A stretch of 58,345 nucleotides of DNA, the filler included, from Sphacelaria rigidula (Eukaryota), in NCBI GenBank assembly GCA_964200075.2. It is 3 parts of 3 records of this genome, joined end to end, with 100 filler letters (N's around TTAATTAATTAA, not from the genome) between each part and the next. Parts side by side here need not be neighbours in the genome. Positions count along the whole stretch, not along the records: positions 19,489 to 38,871 come from CAXNAA020000677.1; 2 more parts are not named here. One strand, 5' to 3'. Of the stretch, positions 26,401-38,871 are shown piece by piece. How positions within the stretch are numbered: the first letter of the stretch is position 1; each line of letters opens with the position of its first letter. The notes under the pieces are model-generated. The model did not search any database. It saw nothing but the letters and a program-made list of their open reading frames with translations, and was not told where the DNA came from. The position numbers and the translations under genes are program-made.

Positions 26401-29400
26401 AACCATGTGCTACCCCCACCCCCCCTCCACACACACACGCGCGCTCGCGCGCGCGCGTATATCTCCTGGATCGGCATAATTTTCGCGTCAACACTGACGA
26501 ATCACACTCGGCTATCCATCCTTCTACGAGTGCTCGAAAAACTAGGAATAGTTAACCAGCAAGACACTGCTGCTTCATCATATGCCAACAAGATGTTTGG
26601 AGGCAGTCAGTCTTTATCAAGGTATCACCAGCAGTGTGTTCCCTCCTCGTCGACTATTGCGTTTATTGCGGTAGACAAAATATTCCACACGGTACGCAGT
26701 GAACTCTTCGACAACTTAATCAGTTGTCCAGGGTGTGGTCCTTCCATGTGTTCGTTGTCTGGAGGGTAGGCCAAGACGGTAATCTTCCAACGAGCCAGCC
26801 GCAGGTGTCGACTCCGAGAACCGACGCAGCCACGAGACGGTAGTGAAAACAGGTGAATAAGACGACTTGGTCTGGCAAACAAACTCACCCAAGCCCACGG
26901 ACCACTGTTGGACTCCATCTCCTCCGGCGACTTGAGGCAGTCGGGCTTTTCCCACGTGACCGTCTCGCTCGACGGCTCGAAGTAGTATGGCACGTTATCG
27001 GCCGTCCGCTTCTCGACCCACTTGGTGGATTGCGATAGGGCTGCAAGCGCAGCATCTGACGTGACGCAAAAAAAAAAGCCGATACAAAAAAGTGGGGGGA
27101 GGGAGGTGGGGTTACATGGTCTGTACGGTGTAAAACATGTATACCGAGAAAGAACACCCGAACAACAAGAAGTTGAACAAGTTTGAAAATGTCACAAGGC
27201 ATGCTCAGAGATTCACCTCAAGATCACCGCATAATGACCGATGGAAACAAATACATCCCGGCGCGGAGGAGGTGCACTAGCTACTTCAACTGAGAATATG
27301 GTCCCTCCATTTGAATCCGTGTTGTATGTCAATACGCTACCCCCATCGTTTGTCGTGTTGACGTTGGTGCGATGTATGCGTAAGTGACAGCAATCCCTCG
27401 CGTACGAGCTGGGCCAGCTTAAAAGCTGCTAACTTTCTCACACCATAGCTTCCCCAGTTTCCCGAATGAACCCGATGTAAGCATATCAGTGTGAAGTGTA
27501 GACCAACCTGGTGACACACGGCACCGCCGCTGAATGAAAAAAAAAGAAAAAAAGTGTACTGTATAATGTATGTATGTATGACCTTAACGACGGACGAAAA
27601 AAAAAACTGTCGGGATTCGAACTCATGACCTCCATAATTGGAGTCTCTCATCACTTGATTTATAGGGGTGCAGCAGCGTCACGGAAAATGTTGAACGCAC
27701 GGCCCAATTCGACGAGTCTTTAGGTGAAATTTGAGGAAGACCTTCTGCACCCAAGGAACTGATACTTCAGGTGTTATGCTGCAGATTGTCTCCCTTTTCC
27801 TTGACTTATGGCATTATCTTGTTTATGATGAAATTTAAAATGCCCATAACTTCCTTTTTTTTCATTTGCTGCTCACGTGATCTTCTGCATTTTGGTCGTA
27901 GAAAACTGCTGTCCAAATTTCAGCGTTCAGCTCCTGATATCGCGCCGTGCGTTGCCTGAGCGAGATTCACACCTACTCTTGGCTGGCCCAACTTGTAGTG
28001 TATCAAGGGCCCAGGAGTCATCATGACAGAGTCGCTTCCAAAAGAAGTCATTCTCTAGTGATTTCAGATGCACCAATACGAAGGCACCTTGACTTCATTT
28101 TCCTTGTACGGCTGCTCCTGTTTTCAATATCCAAAGCTGCCGTCGGTTCAAAAATCGCACGAATGTCATCGATCACAATGGTGGATTGTGCGGGGCACCC
28201 AGACCTTGAAGAAAATTCGTGCCATTTCGAGTACAACACCACCAGAGTCTACTCAGCGACTGCCCTTACACCACTGGTAGAAGCCTTAGGTCCTCCAAAA
28301 GCGGTGTACCCCCGAGGATAAAGTATCATTCTATAGGTATACTCCTAGATAGGCCCACGTACTCCACTAAGAGGAAGGCGAAAACCCCGCGAGGGAAACC
28401 CCGGATACGGTACTCTTTGATTCTTCCTCGACAGCCGTCTAGTCAACTGTCGAGAAGACGGGTACAGCAATGGATGCATACGTCATCGAATCCAATAAAA
28501 ATACGTCTACCGACACGTCCATGACTTACACCGATGAAAAATTTAGTGGGAACTCATCCCGTGTGTTGTGCGGAATCCGCCGCAGTTCGCTTAGTTTTTA
28601 CCACACATGATGCATCTCACGACCCGTGCGCCAACTGTAACGTGCAGTTCGAGAATTTGTGGTTACATAGTGCTTTCACCAAGTGCGCCTTGTAACGTCC
28701 TAGTATGAAAATGTGATCACCGATCGTATCCTCTTCAGGTCAAGAGAGCTCAAAAAGAACGACCATGAGAGAGCTAGGTTTGATTTCATGAACGTCTCAA
28801 CATTCATGCATGGAAACCCCTGCGCGCGGTAGTCGACGTATCCCCGAATTGCTTGAAGGTACTGAATGGTACCATCTCATGACCATTGACACGGAACGGT
28901 AAGTGCACCGATCCTGCATCATTATTTAATGGTCTTGATTTCACAGGAGTGAAGTCAATGCCAGATCTGCACTTGGCATCTCCGAACGTTCGCCGCGTGA
29001 GGCGTGCGACACTTGCTGTTACTGGGACTCTACTCGATTCCGAATATAAAAAAAATAAAACATGGAAAATAAAGAGAATGAAAAAACATACGAAATTTGG
29101 GCCGGCTTCTTCTCCGCCATACGTTCTTCGAGTTGACGCTCTCATCGAAAGTGCCGCAATGCCTGTTCTTGAAACACCGCTCCGAAGAGAGTAATACCAA
29201 AATATGTCATGTTATTTAATTGTTTTCGAAGAGCCTCTATCGAGAACAGGTTCAGATGCTATTAGAGGATTCCCGTGGGTGACTGTGTTAAGTCCATCCT
29301 GTGGGTCCACGTGGCATTCATCGCGCACCAAAAGATTTCGATACGATGACCGTCTTATCCCTCCTCACCACCTGCTCCCTCGCCCGTGCTAGTGGGAAAA

Positions 29401-32400
29401 CCACACAAGACGAACTATGCGAAGTGATGGCATGGCGGTGAAAAAGTCATCATTGATGTAGAGAGGATAGGAAGAACGTTTTTAAAGAGCTGCGTGTATT
29501 CAAGGTGAAGGAGAAGGGAGCGACCAGCCATCAGCGATCTCACATCCGATGGATCACATCACTCTGCAAGCTCTTGAGGAACACGTCGTTCAAGGTAGAG
29601 TACGTAGGTGACGCACTGCAACGATACAGCACTTTCTCCTCACGTCAGATGGGCGGAGCAATTGCAACAGCCGACTGAATCTGGATGCAAACAGCTTCCC
29701 GAGCAGACGAACGCCTTCCCCCCATCCGTCCCTCCTGCATTCACTGTGGCCTACTCCTCGTCGACAGTGCTGAGCTGTTCTGAAGACCTCTCTCATCTTT
29801 ACGAACACTGCATTGCAGCGCAACGAGTGCTTGCAAGTGATCTTGATTGAAGTCCTCTGAAAGCACCGGGATACAGTACACCTTGGTTTCTCGTGCGGTC
29901 GGAGCTGACACTCCGCCCCAACCCCAAGAATACCACCTTGTCGGCCCGTTGATTTCACCACCGCGAAGATCGGTTTACTAAGGTTGGGATTAGGGTGGAG
30001 GTTACCGTAGACGTTGCGATATACGGGTGACGAGCAAGTATCGCGAAGAACATCAGCGCTAGGTGTGCGGTTATGGCTGAGGATGGGGTCAGGACTAGAG
30101 CTAGGGTTGGGGGAAGGGCTTGAGGTATGGTCCTGGTTTGCGTAACCCTCAAACGGGCGAGAACGACGGGGTGTAACGAACAGAAGTGCTGGCCAAAATT
30201 CTCCATAAACGTTTTTTTCACGCATCGAAGAGCTCACGAACTTTCTGGAATAAATGTTGAAAGAGGGCTCTCAGATCCATTGGTCCAAAAACATAAAATG
30301 CGTGACCGCGGGGTCAGAGAAGCAAAAGCGCAACCCGTGCGCTACTTCGCGCCTCCTTTGCGCACAGCGCTTTAGGGAGCAAGAACGTGGGAACAGGGTC
30401 CACATGAGCTACCTCATGATCCGGATCAGTACACTGGTAGAAGTAATATTCAAGCGCATGAGCTGCCCGACGTCAAGATTTTTTTTTCGAAATTATGCTA
30501 TTAGTTGGGATCCTCCTGGCACAAATAGTGTACGACCATTCTTGGTCTACAAAACGCTACCGGTGCCATAACGATGTCCCTTCTGATCCGAGGCGTCGAC
30601 AAATGTGCACTTCTGCAAGGGACTGTCGCAGGACTTCGAAATACCCGCGCTTGGCGGTTGCCTCTGGGTGTTGTAAGCTCCATGCTGTAGCCCGGTATCG
30701 GGGTACGTTGTGCACCACCCCAGGTTATGAGTTCTACAGTCCCGAAAATGCATCACTCAGACTCGGTTGTCATGTAAACGGTAAGCCACGTGACACGTAG
30801 GAGAGAGGAGAAAAAAGAGCTCCCGCCATGCTGGTGGCGGAAGACGTGTCCAGAAACAGAGGTCCGCACGTGCGAACGAGAAAAAATGCCGCAGTGAATA
30901 CTGGAAAACCTCGAAAAAACATCCGCGCAGGCAGTCGCATCTGCGGAACCGTTGCGCTAGGGGTACAGTGTGGGGTACCGCTGAGCGCTCAAGATTAGAC
31001 GCATCGTAAGAATTGCCTGTTGTACACTGTAGGCAATGGGCGGGCGTGGGTTTGCTCGCAGCAATAGCTCCGTCTCCACCAACATCTTCGCCCACCTGCT
31101 GTCCAAATACTCATGGGCACATACAGTCAGTAGTCTGCACTAGCGTCGTAGAATTCAAACAATATACTCAATTCACGAACATGCATTTTACTCAAGACAA
31201 AACTTCCGCAAGTCACGTGAAAGCAGATGCGGTTGTCCTCGGGGTGTACTGGATGCGACTGGACTGTGCATTGGTACAACAGTGCAATTCGAGCGTTTAC
31301 GCGTGGTTTCGAAGACCTCGCGCAGGGCAGATCTTTCGCCGCCTTAAGTTGTGAAGCTGCATTTATGCTGCCGCCCGCGAATGATTTTGTTGCGGGAAAA
31401 AAACTGTCCTACACGGGGTATGGGGAATGGCCCGTCCACCCCCTGGATGAAAAAAGTGATGACCGGGGAGAAAACGCGCTCTCGCACGCTACTTCAGTAT
31501 CATCCTAGGAGAGTAACTCTGCCTGCGAAGCCTGCCTAGAGCAATACTTCTTGAAGTGATGCCATTATAAGAAAACAGAGGTAGAATCCATTCACTCCGC
31601 CACAGCGTCTGCACTCAGGCCCTGCACAAGTTGACGGCATGGCGCGGTACCCGTATCTCACGCATGGCGATTGAATTCTCCTGCTCGTAGTTTGGATTTT
31701 TTCATCTTGTGGGATTCGACAGCGTTTGAGGGCTCAATACTGACTGTAAGGATCGGCACAGCGACTATTGGAGCCTTTGCACCACCTGACTGCAAAGAGA
31801 CCATTATAGTCCAACTTCCCAATTCGCTACTACTTGTAGGCATCGAGGATTAGAAACCGACCACATGGAGACTTACCGACCACATGGAGACTTGGACGAC
31901 AGTAGTAGTCGATCTGGAAACGAGAAAACACCGATATGTTCTTTGTTCTGTACACAAGCTCTCGGCATGTGAATTAGATCAACGCATTGAGAGCAAGAAA
32001 AATAGAGAGAACGAGAAAGAGAGAAAGAGAGAGAGATAGAGAGGGAGAGAGGGAGAGAGAGGGAGGTTGCCGCTTGCTGAAAAAAACAGCACCAACACCA
32101 GCCATTTGACTCCCTTGTGCAACTTGCAAAAGCAGTCAAGGCAGACGCCAGCACACTGTTTAGTCACCGCACACAGAATACACAACAGTGCTGTACTAAC
32201 CGTGAGGGCGTACACAAGGGATCTAAGATCGACCACCTGAATATCCGCCCCTCTGCCCATGAAACCAGCCATCTCATGCAATTTGTACGCACCACACCAA
32301 AAAACTCACCAGACATGGACTGCACAACGGGCGCGGAAGCCTGCGCAGCGGCATATCCTCCACTACTCTTCCCCCCCCCATTCCAGCCGCCGCCCCCTCC

Positions 32401-32652
32401 ACCTCCAGGCTTCGGCGGCAGTGGTGGCAGCGATTTCGCGGAAATCCCCGCGGCTGGGCTCGCAGCTGCTTTCACCTGGGAGTGCAGGGCAGGGACGCCA
32501 GAGAGGGGCTCCCACCCTGGTTGACCATCGCGCCATACTAGCGTTCCATCGCTAATGGTAGAGCGTGACAGAAGGCTGCCTAGCTCTGGTACAGTGCACG
32601 GTCCTTGCTGCGAGTTTGATGCGTCGTCCACGTAGTACCATGTGTCCCCCAT
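20349..32652 (-). CDS. Myosin heavy chain, 5' part: GYF_2 domain, Pro/Gly linker, WW domain, N-terminal SH3-like region, start of motor domain. Exons: 32652-32310, 27055-26889, 25535-25344, 23024-22791, 22149-22060, 20480-20349. Remainder lies beyond the contig end.
   Basis: Six GT-AG exons splice in frame from ATG 32652. Motor motifs: [29 protein letters not shown]-loop GESGAGKT, switch [20 protein letters not shown]. Confidence 0.95.
21390..21550 (+). repeat. Family A copy followed directly by a partial family B copy
   Basis: A (21399-21466), then TTTGTAGGGGCGCGAGGTCAATGGTCTTATGACAACGGCATGCATGATCGTGAGTAC-(C)n. Confidence 0.85.
22060..22149 (-). CDS. Myosin exon 5: P-loop
   Basis: [30 protein letters not shown]. 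Confidence 0.95.
22791..23024 (-). CDS. Myosin exon 4: motor domain
   Basis: [15 protein letters not shown]...SINPFK...[12 protein letters not shown]. Confidence 0.95.
23300..23380 (-). mobile_element. tRNA-derived SINE-like head (degenerate)
   Basis: Minus strand GCCCCTGTGAACTGAATT (A-box-like) ... GGGTTCGAAATCCC (B-box-like); related to 27597-27672. Confidence 0.5.
24387..24452. repeat. Dispersed repeat, inverted homolog of 30413-30472
   Basis: CTCATGAT(T/C)CGGATCAGTAC.CT.GTA(A)GAAGTAATAT shared in opposite orientations. Confidence 0.7.
24715..24738 (+). repeat. Interstitial (TTAGGG)4 telomere-like tract
   Basis: TTAGGG TTAGGG TTAGCG TTAGGG. Confidence 0.7.
25344..25535 (-). CDS. Myosin exon 3: N-terminal SH3-like region and start of motor
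   Basis: [13 protein letters not shown]...[12 protein letters not shown]. Confidence 0.9.
25730..25795 (-). repeat. Family B partial copy, reverse orientation
   Basis: Reverse complement reads CGCGAGATCAGTGGTCGCATGACTACGGCATGCAATATCATGAGAACACCTCC. Confidence 0.7.
26889..27055 (-). CDS. Myosin exon 2: WW domain
   Basis: [27 protein letters not shown]; phase 1 start matches exon 1. Confidence 0.9.
27597..27672 (-). mobile_element. tRNA-derived SINE-like head (degenerate)
   Basis: Minus strand CCCCTATAAATCAAGTGA ... GAGTTCGAATCCCG followed by an oligo-T run. Confidence 0.5.
32003..32062 (+). repeat. (GA)n-rich microsatellite in myosin intron 1
   Basis: Imperfect GA repeat. Confidence 0.85.
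32310..32652 (-). CDS. Myosin exon 1: GYF_2-type domain plus PPLPPKP/Gly linker
   Basis: [22 protein letters not shown]....I...[18 protein letters not shown]; donor G|gtgagt. Confidence 0.85.
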
Positions 32653-33806
32653 TATTCGGTGCTGTGCGAGCGGTGCTGGTGTGTATGTTCTGTGAGGGTA
32701 AATAGGAACACTTGTGAACCCGGTGCTCCGCTGCGAATGTTTGATAGGCAGCAGTTATGGGCTGCTGTATCGATTGCTGCTACTGCTGTCCACGCAGACT
32801 TCTGGGACAATGCAGTTGTTTCTTCCTTCCCCCTGTCCCGAGAGTCCGCAAAACCTCTCACTAGTCTGCTTACGTTCCTCGAGGACAGACACAGCGGTAC
32901 ATTGCGCCGACCTACCCTGCTCGGATGATTGTGGCTAATTACATGACCTATCAAAACGCGTAGCACAGAACTACTAGCAGATTATCAGAATATATATTCA
33001 CAATGTTGCTATAGTCATGATGATTCTCGTGGGTAGGGCTTGAACAATAAAAAAAGAATACCGCGCCCGTTCTATGATTATTTATTTATTTTACTGGTAT
33101 TATTATTAGGTTTTATACAATACAATCGAGATTTGAGATTGATAACTGAAAGCGGATAGTACTGCAGTCAATTTATATGGTGCATAACGATGAAACACTA
33201 GAAGTTTAAATTGCAGCAAGGGACCTCTCACCACAGTTACAGCACAGGCACAACCGAGGCGCTTTCCTACCCACGGGCTAGGGTACTGGTCACAAGTTCT
33301 GTGACCAGGCGAGGGAGATCAACCCTAGGGGAGGGGCAAAGTATGTTTCTGCCCGGCCTGCAAGACGGCGGTGATTCATCAAGAGAAGGTGATGAAAAAA
33401 GTAGGCGCTTTTCTCCGCCCTGAGAAGTATCGGAATTCAAATTTCGGCTCCGATTCTTGTTCACAAAACTCACTGACTATAACACTACATCATTATTGAC
33501 TGTTGTACCCCTCTTGTGCACGTCCCGATTCCAATACAGTATACATCATACATCCAATCTTTATTGTGTATTGTTGTTGTAGTTGCGAAAACATATTTTT
33601 TTCCCGAACCCCTTCCGCGTGCACACCGACACAAACGCCGACACAAAACAACGCAAACACGGTGCGAGAGTGGTAAGTGATAGTACTGACTGTAGGTCAT
33701 ACGTCAAACTGCGCTTGCGCGTACATCAGCACACATATAAGATACGCATGTTCAGTGACAGGCGTATTTTTGGTCTTTTGTATGGCCTACCCTTTAACCC
33801 CTGCAG

Positions 33807-33927
33807 GCACGGATGGATTGAGAAGCTCGACGATGGTCACTGCTGAGAGTATGGTGGGACTAGAATTGGCCCAGAAACCCGATCTTCCGGGTCAGTCCAG
33901 CGAGGACTTGGATTTGGCAGCTGATGG
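33807..33927 (+). CDS. Possible exon of a gene divergent from the myosin (product unknown)
   Basis: Strong cctgcag| acceptor and |gtgagt donor; open frame TDGLRSSTMVTAESMVGLELAQKPDLPGQSSEDLDLAAD; no recognisable domain. Confidence 0.3.
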
Positions 33928-36351
33928 GTGAGTAGAATGAAAAGGCGTGATCTTTCGTGAGAGCTTGGTCATCAGAGGACGCTACACCACCTTACACTGC
34001 CTGATACCACATTGCCACTCCGACTTGTTGGGCTTGATGGGCATGATACAATTATCCCAAATTCTCACGTTTCCGTTACATCTGTACGTGATAACGTTTT
34101 TTTTTGTGTCATGTTTGATGTGTCAAACTACAGACAGAACTCTCCTCTGCAGTGTAGTATCACCCGTGACTTGAACACTCCCCACCCTCGAAGGGTCCCG
34201 ATCTCGCCCGTACTGTCGATACAGCCCTCCCGAATGGGACTCACGCTTATACCGGGCCCAAAAAATAATACACCTTTTGACTGCTCGGCAGGTGGTCAAG
34301 AATGTTCGTGGGCATAGCTGCTGATTGTCCTTAGGACCACTCTTGTTTGTTTTCATCATTTTGACACCCGCATTCAAGCCAAGCAATTGTCGTGACCCTG
34401 ATGTCAACCAACACATAAATGCTGTCTCGGCACTGGAGTCATTCATGCGTTGTGCTGGCTCTACTGTCTGTATAGTCACGGCAAATATATTACTCTTGTT
34501 CAAGGAGCGACTCCAGCACAACGTACCCGAGATGAAACTTGTCCTGGCCTCGATGCATCACGATTTATCGGCACAACGCGCGCAATTTGTGGGTGGGTGC
34601 TTGTGTGGATATGCCGTTCATTGCTGCGCGTGATCCATGACGCACGAATGACCACAAACCAACAGGATTCGACTGCATCAACCGCTCACGCAATGTAGAG
34701 TACGAACTACTGCGCGCACTTGTTTACGCTCTGAAGGCCGTTTCATTTGTGATTTTGTTCCATTTGGGCATCCCCCCCCCCCCCCTCCTCCCCTCCCCTC
34801 CCCACCCCTCTTGAAATGGTTCCATATCCCACGGAAGGCAGCGGGCGGCTTGCGAGCATTCTTGTTTGCTTGTGACCCGTGCTGGATGTACAATTCCTTG
34901 ATCATCGCAGCCTTTACAAGCGGGACCGAAGACTGGGAGCACCTGCCTCAGAAATTTCCGCTTTTTTGTACTTCTCGATCTCTCCTTCGTAGTACGCATC
35001 TGTTTAATTGGTTTCGGGCGAAATTACGACCTTGGGGTGCATATGCTGACCGGTCCAGTCCAGAACTAACTACACAGGACAGTATACAGTACTGTACTCA
35101 ACTTTCTATAGCCTCTAGTGAATAAATGGAGGGGGGTTGCGTTAGTGCATCAACGGAAGTGAAGGACTTGATGTGTACCGTTTGTCTCCGGTCGTGAAAG
35201 GATATCCCAGTCACGAAGCGCGCATCATTTTTTATTCCGATCATGCCAATGCGGACTCTTTCCTGATTTTTTATTTGCTCTCGCAGTGAAGATCCCCTCT
35301 TGTGCTCATGGTCTTTTTCGGCGGCCGTCTGTAACGTGGACCCCGAAACTTGCGTGTTTCGGAGTATCTACCGATTGTCTATACTCTACTGGAGCGCTGC
35401 CGCTGCTGTACATGCAGTACCTTTACGAAGTCACGCTTTGTCGCCGCCCGAGTGTACTGCTGCTGTACTGACTCTATGTTTCTTGGATTGAGTTAGAATA
35501 CTGGCTGTCCTACTCGCGGGTAATGCACAGGGACCGCACGGACAGATAGCTATGCGGGCGCATACCACGTAACTTCCTTCTGGTCTCCGCATGGAATCAC
35601 TAGAAGTGGAGCAAAGAAATATAAAGTGTTGTCAGATGATTTTTCGTGCTTGTTGCACATCATTATTAATCCTTTTGGAACCACACTCCCCTCCCATCCC
35701 CGGATCATATGCCTCATTATTCACCAGCGATCATTGTTGCAGATGAAAGAAAAACGACAGAAAGTTTATAAAATCATATGAGATGCGCGTACAAGCTGAA
35801 CCAGCCAAGAAAAGCACAGTCACACCCTGGCTTACTATCGAGACGGGGGGAAAAAAACGAAAAACGAAGCAAATGTCTATAAAAGCGCGTTGGTTGGCCG
35901 CAGGGTGAGGCGGTCAATGCGAATGCTGCTTTCAGGCGCTTGATTCGTTTCCTGCTTCTTTTCTTGTCTCGACAAGGCGGGGCCTCACGCCATGTCTTCT
36001 CACATCGTGTCTTGTGTCTTGGATTGAGAGAGTGCGGCGGAAAAGAAAATTATGTACCGGATATGTCCACGTCATGGATGTTCTCAGATTGTTTCAAGTT
36101 ACTTAAGTTTATGATTATTCGCTCGCGACCGGCGGGGTGAAAAACAGAAAAGCTGAGGGCGTATCTTAGCACTTAAGCTGTGTCTTGTCAAATTGTTTTC
36201 GACTCGAAAACCTACGATGGAATCGAAGTTGCTCTTACCTGATACATCCTCGGCATCCATCTTCACAACCATTTGAGAAAATAAGAGCATGAGCGAATCG
36301 TAAACGAGCGAATTCGATTCCACCGCACGTTTTCGACACGAGGACAATTTG

Positions 36352-36458
36352 TTAACCCTTAGACCGCGAGGTTAGTCTTCTGTTGAATAGGCATCAATTT
36401 CAAGTGAAAAAAACATATGCATGATCCAGAAAGACTAATATCGCGGTCCAAGTGTTGA
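36352..36458. mobile_element. piggyBac-like MITE (~108 bp), copy 2, inverted relative to copy 1
   Basis: TTAACCCTTAGACCGCGAGGTTAGTCTT ... AAGACTAATATCGCGGTCCAAGTGTTGA; interior aligns to the reverse complement of 2652-2760. Confidence 0.75.
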
Positions 36459-36482
36459 GACACGCCCTTAGCACATTTAATT

Positions 36483-36622
36483 TCGATCGAAATCGTGCGG
36501 TGGAAACAGAAATCCTGATCTGATAGGTCACGATTTCAACCATTCTCAAAATTTTCGACGATGGTTGAAATTTCGATTTTATCAGGTCGAGATTTTTGTG
36601 TTCCACCGCATATTTTCGATCG
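36483..36622. repeat. ~140-bp spacerless palindrome
   Basis: TCGATCGAAA..TGCGGTGGAA...TTTCAACCAT and its reverse complement around a centre at ~36550. Confidence 0.85.
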
Positions 36623-36873
36623 ACAACTGCGGGTACGAATCTCATGACAGAATTTCAGGTTCCAACTAGAAATATTCAATGTTGCGGCGATATTGTTGGC
36701 GAAATCCGTGCTTTCTTGGCCAGTCTAGATCGTACAAAGCAAGCACCCCCGGCGTGGGGGGGGGGGCAGTTTCGGCCAATATCAACACGCTCCAGGCGAG
36801 GTGTTCTCAATTGGATCCGTTAGAAATGTGGTCAGGCGTACAGGCTGGGCCGCCCAAAACGCGGACGGGGATG

Positions 36874-37184
36874 TGAACACGTGATTCAGCAGCTCAATTT
36901 TGGGTCATTCCCTATGAAATTTTGACACGATGTACAGGACGTGTGTAGGAAGACTCCATCATCTCTCCCCTATTTATTAGTTTGTTTGTTTGTTTTTTTG
37001 GGGGGGGGGTTGTTCACGGTTTTATTCCGAAATTGACTGTTCTGAAATGTTTGGTCGCCGGTAACTCACGGAGAAAAAATAATGAATTCAGGAGGCAGAC
37101 GATGGAGTATTCGCACATCAATTATGTACATCGTGTCAAAATTTCATAGGAAACGACAAAATTGGACTGCTAAATCGCGTGTTC
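36874..37184. mobile_element. MITE-like element with ~95-bp terminal inverted repeats
   Basis: GAACACG.GATT.AGCAG...CCTATGAAATTTTGACACGATGTACA...ACTCCATC at the left, reverse complement at the right. Confidence 0.75.
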
Positions 37185-37232
37185 GTGTCGAAGACTGAAT
37201 CCTATGTGGAGATGTGCCAGCCACGGAAAAAT

Positions 37233-37520
37233 GAAACGCTTTTATGCTGTTCAATTTCAAGTATTCTTCCACGAAATTTTGACACGATGCGTATGAGGTG
37301 TATTGTTAAGTCCCTAGTGTCCCCCCTTGACATTTTTTTTCAAAGAGTGGTGGGCAGTTTTGTACCAGGAAAAACTGTTGCGAAATTTAAATCACCAGTG
37401 ACTCACGAGGAAAATAAAAACAGAGGGGGAAACGGTAGGGGCTTCACATACACCTCATGTATTTTGTGTCAAAATTTCATAGAAAACGACTTCAAATTGA
37501 GCAGTGGAATCGCGTTTTTC
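37233..37520. mobile_element. Second, related MITE-like element with ~90-bp TIRs
   Basis: GAAATTTTGACAC..ATGAGGTGTAT...CCCC at the left, reverse complement at the right; shares the GAAATTTTGACAC core with 36874-37184. Confidence 0.7.
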
Positions 37521-38871
37521 TGTCGAGAACCGGTTCACTTGCTTTTAGAATACAATAACCTCAGCCTGAACTTTGACGTTCTCTACAAGCGCGACGCCCC
37601 GGCGCGCTGGAGGTCTCGTCTCCGTGCCATCTCAGACACTGCGCGCCTACAGTACAACATTCATTGTTGTACAATCACAACCAGCGCAGCACTATCATTT
37701 TGCGGCCGCGGCACAACCGATTGTAACCGTAAATGCGATTTCAGCCGTTTTTTCCCCCTTATTCCGCCGCACATGCGACCCTCAACTCTCTACACTTCGC
37801 AGCTGACTACAGTTTGTTATTTCGTTTGATGGGAACTTGTCAGATCGCAGTGCTACGTGAAGTCAAAGACGCGCGTTGATTTGCAGATTACCACGATGTG
37901 TCATAGTAGCACAACTGGCGATAGATCGTCCGTTAGAACCGGCTGAAGGACAGGCCGCTTCTCAGGCGACCCAGCCTGTACAAGACTTAATTACGTCATA
38001 CACCATGGAATGCAAAATTCAAAAGAATTTCAAAATTGGCCCACGTCGATGCACTGATTGTACTACACCACAACCTCCCACGGTCATGGTAACAACGGCC
38101 ATGTACTACCAGGCAAGCTCTCTGCGGTCCGGGCTTGCGAAGCCCTCCGAGCACGAACCCTCTGTTGTAAACGCCTCGACCTTTTGTCACACGCAAACAA
38201 CTGTCGTGGTCGGGAAGGGCTGCTGTACTGCTGTCTTTCTCCACCCCCAGTACCATCATCACCGGCTACCTTGATCTCAACAACCGCCGATTGTCGGTTT
38301 GCACCGGATATGTTTCCGTCGTTCACCATATAAATGCTGCTCGTGTTATCAGCCATCATGTGGGTGTGCGCACATACCTTTGTCGGTGGTTGTGTAGTTT
38401 ATTTCACGTCCGAGCAGAAAGGAAGTAGACGTAAACATTACAAAAATGACATCGAACGAATTGTTCAAGAGCAGGTCGAGTAGAGTATAATCAGTTGCGG
38501 GGTATTTTGAGAGACGTACTTGAGGTGCTCAAATTAGCGTAGAGTGTTGGGAGTCGTTTCCAAAAAATAACGGGAAAGCGATCCCTCAAACCCTACTCCC
38601 CCATTTGTGCACTTTGAGTACGAGGAAATACCCCGCAATTGAGTATACTCTACTCGACCTGCCCTTGGAATTGTTGTCCTTTTACTTGAATGGCAAACGA
38701 AAGGTGACGCCCTCCCCCCTCCCTCCCCAAGTTGATCACATGACTACGACAGGCAACATATGTATATTTTCCCCCCCTCCCCCCTCGCCTCCTGTGTCCG
38801 ACACCATCTCGTTGATCTCGTGCCGCTGTATGTACTACACATATAGCCCAACATCGGGGGGTCTGAGCAGG

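Noticed and set aside
37179-37829. 216-aa ORF
   Set aside because: It spans a MITE-like inverted repeat and has no protein-like motif.
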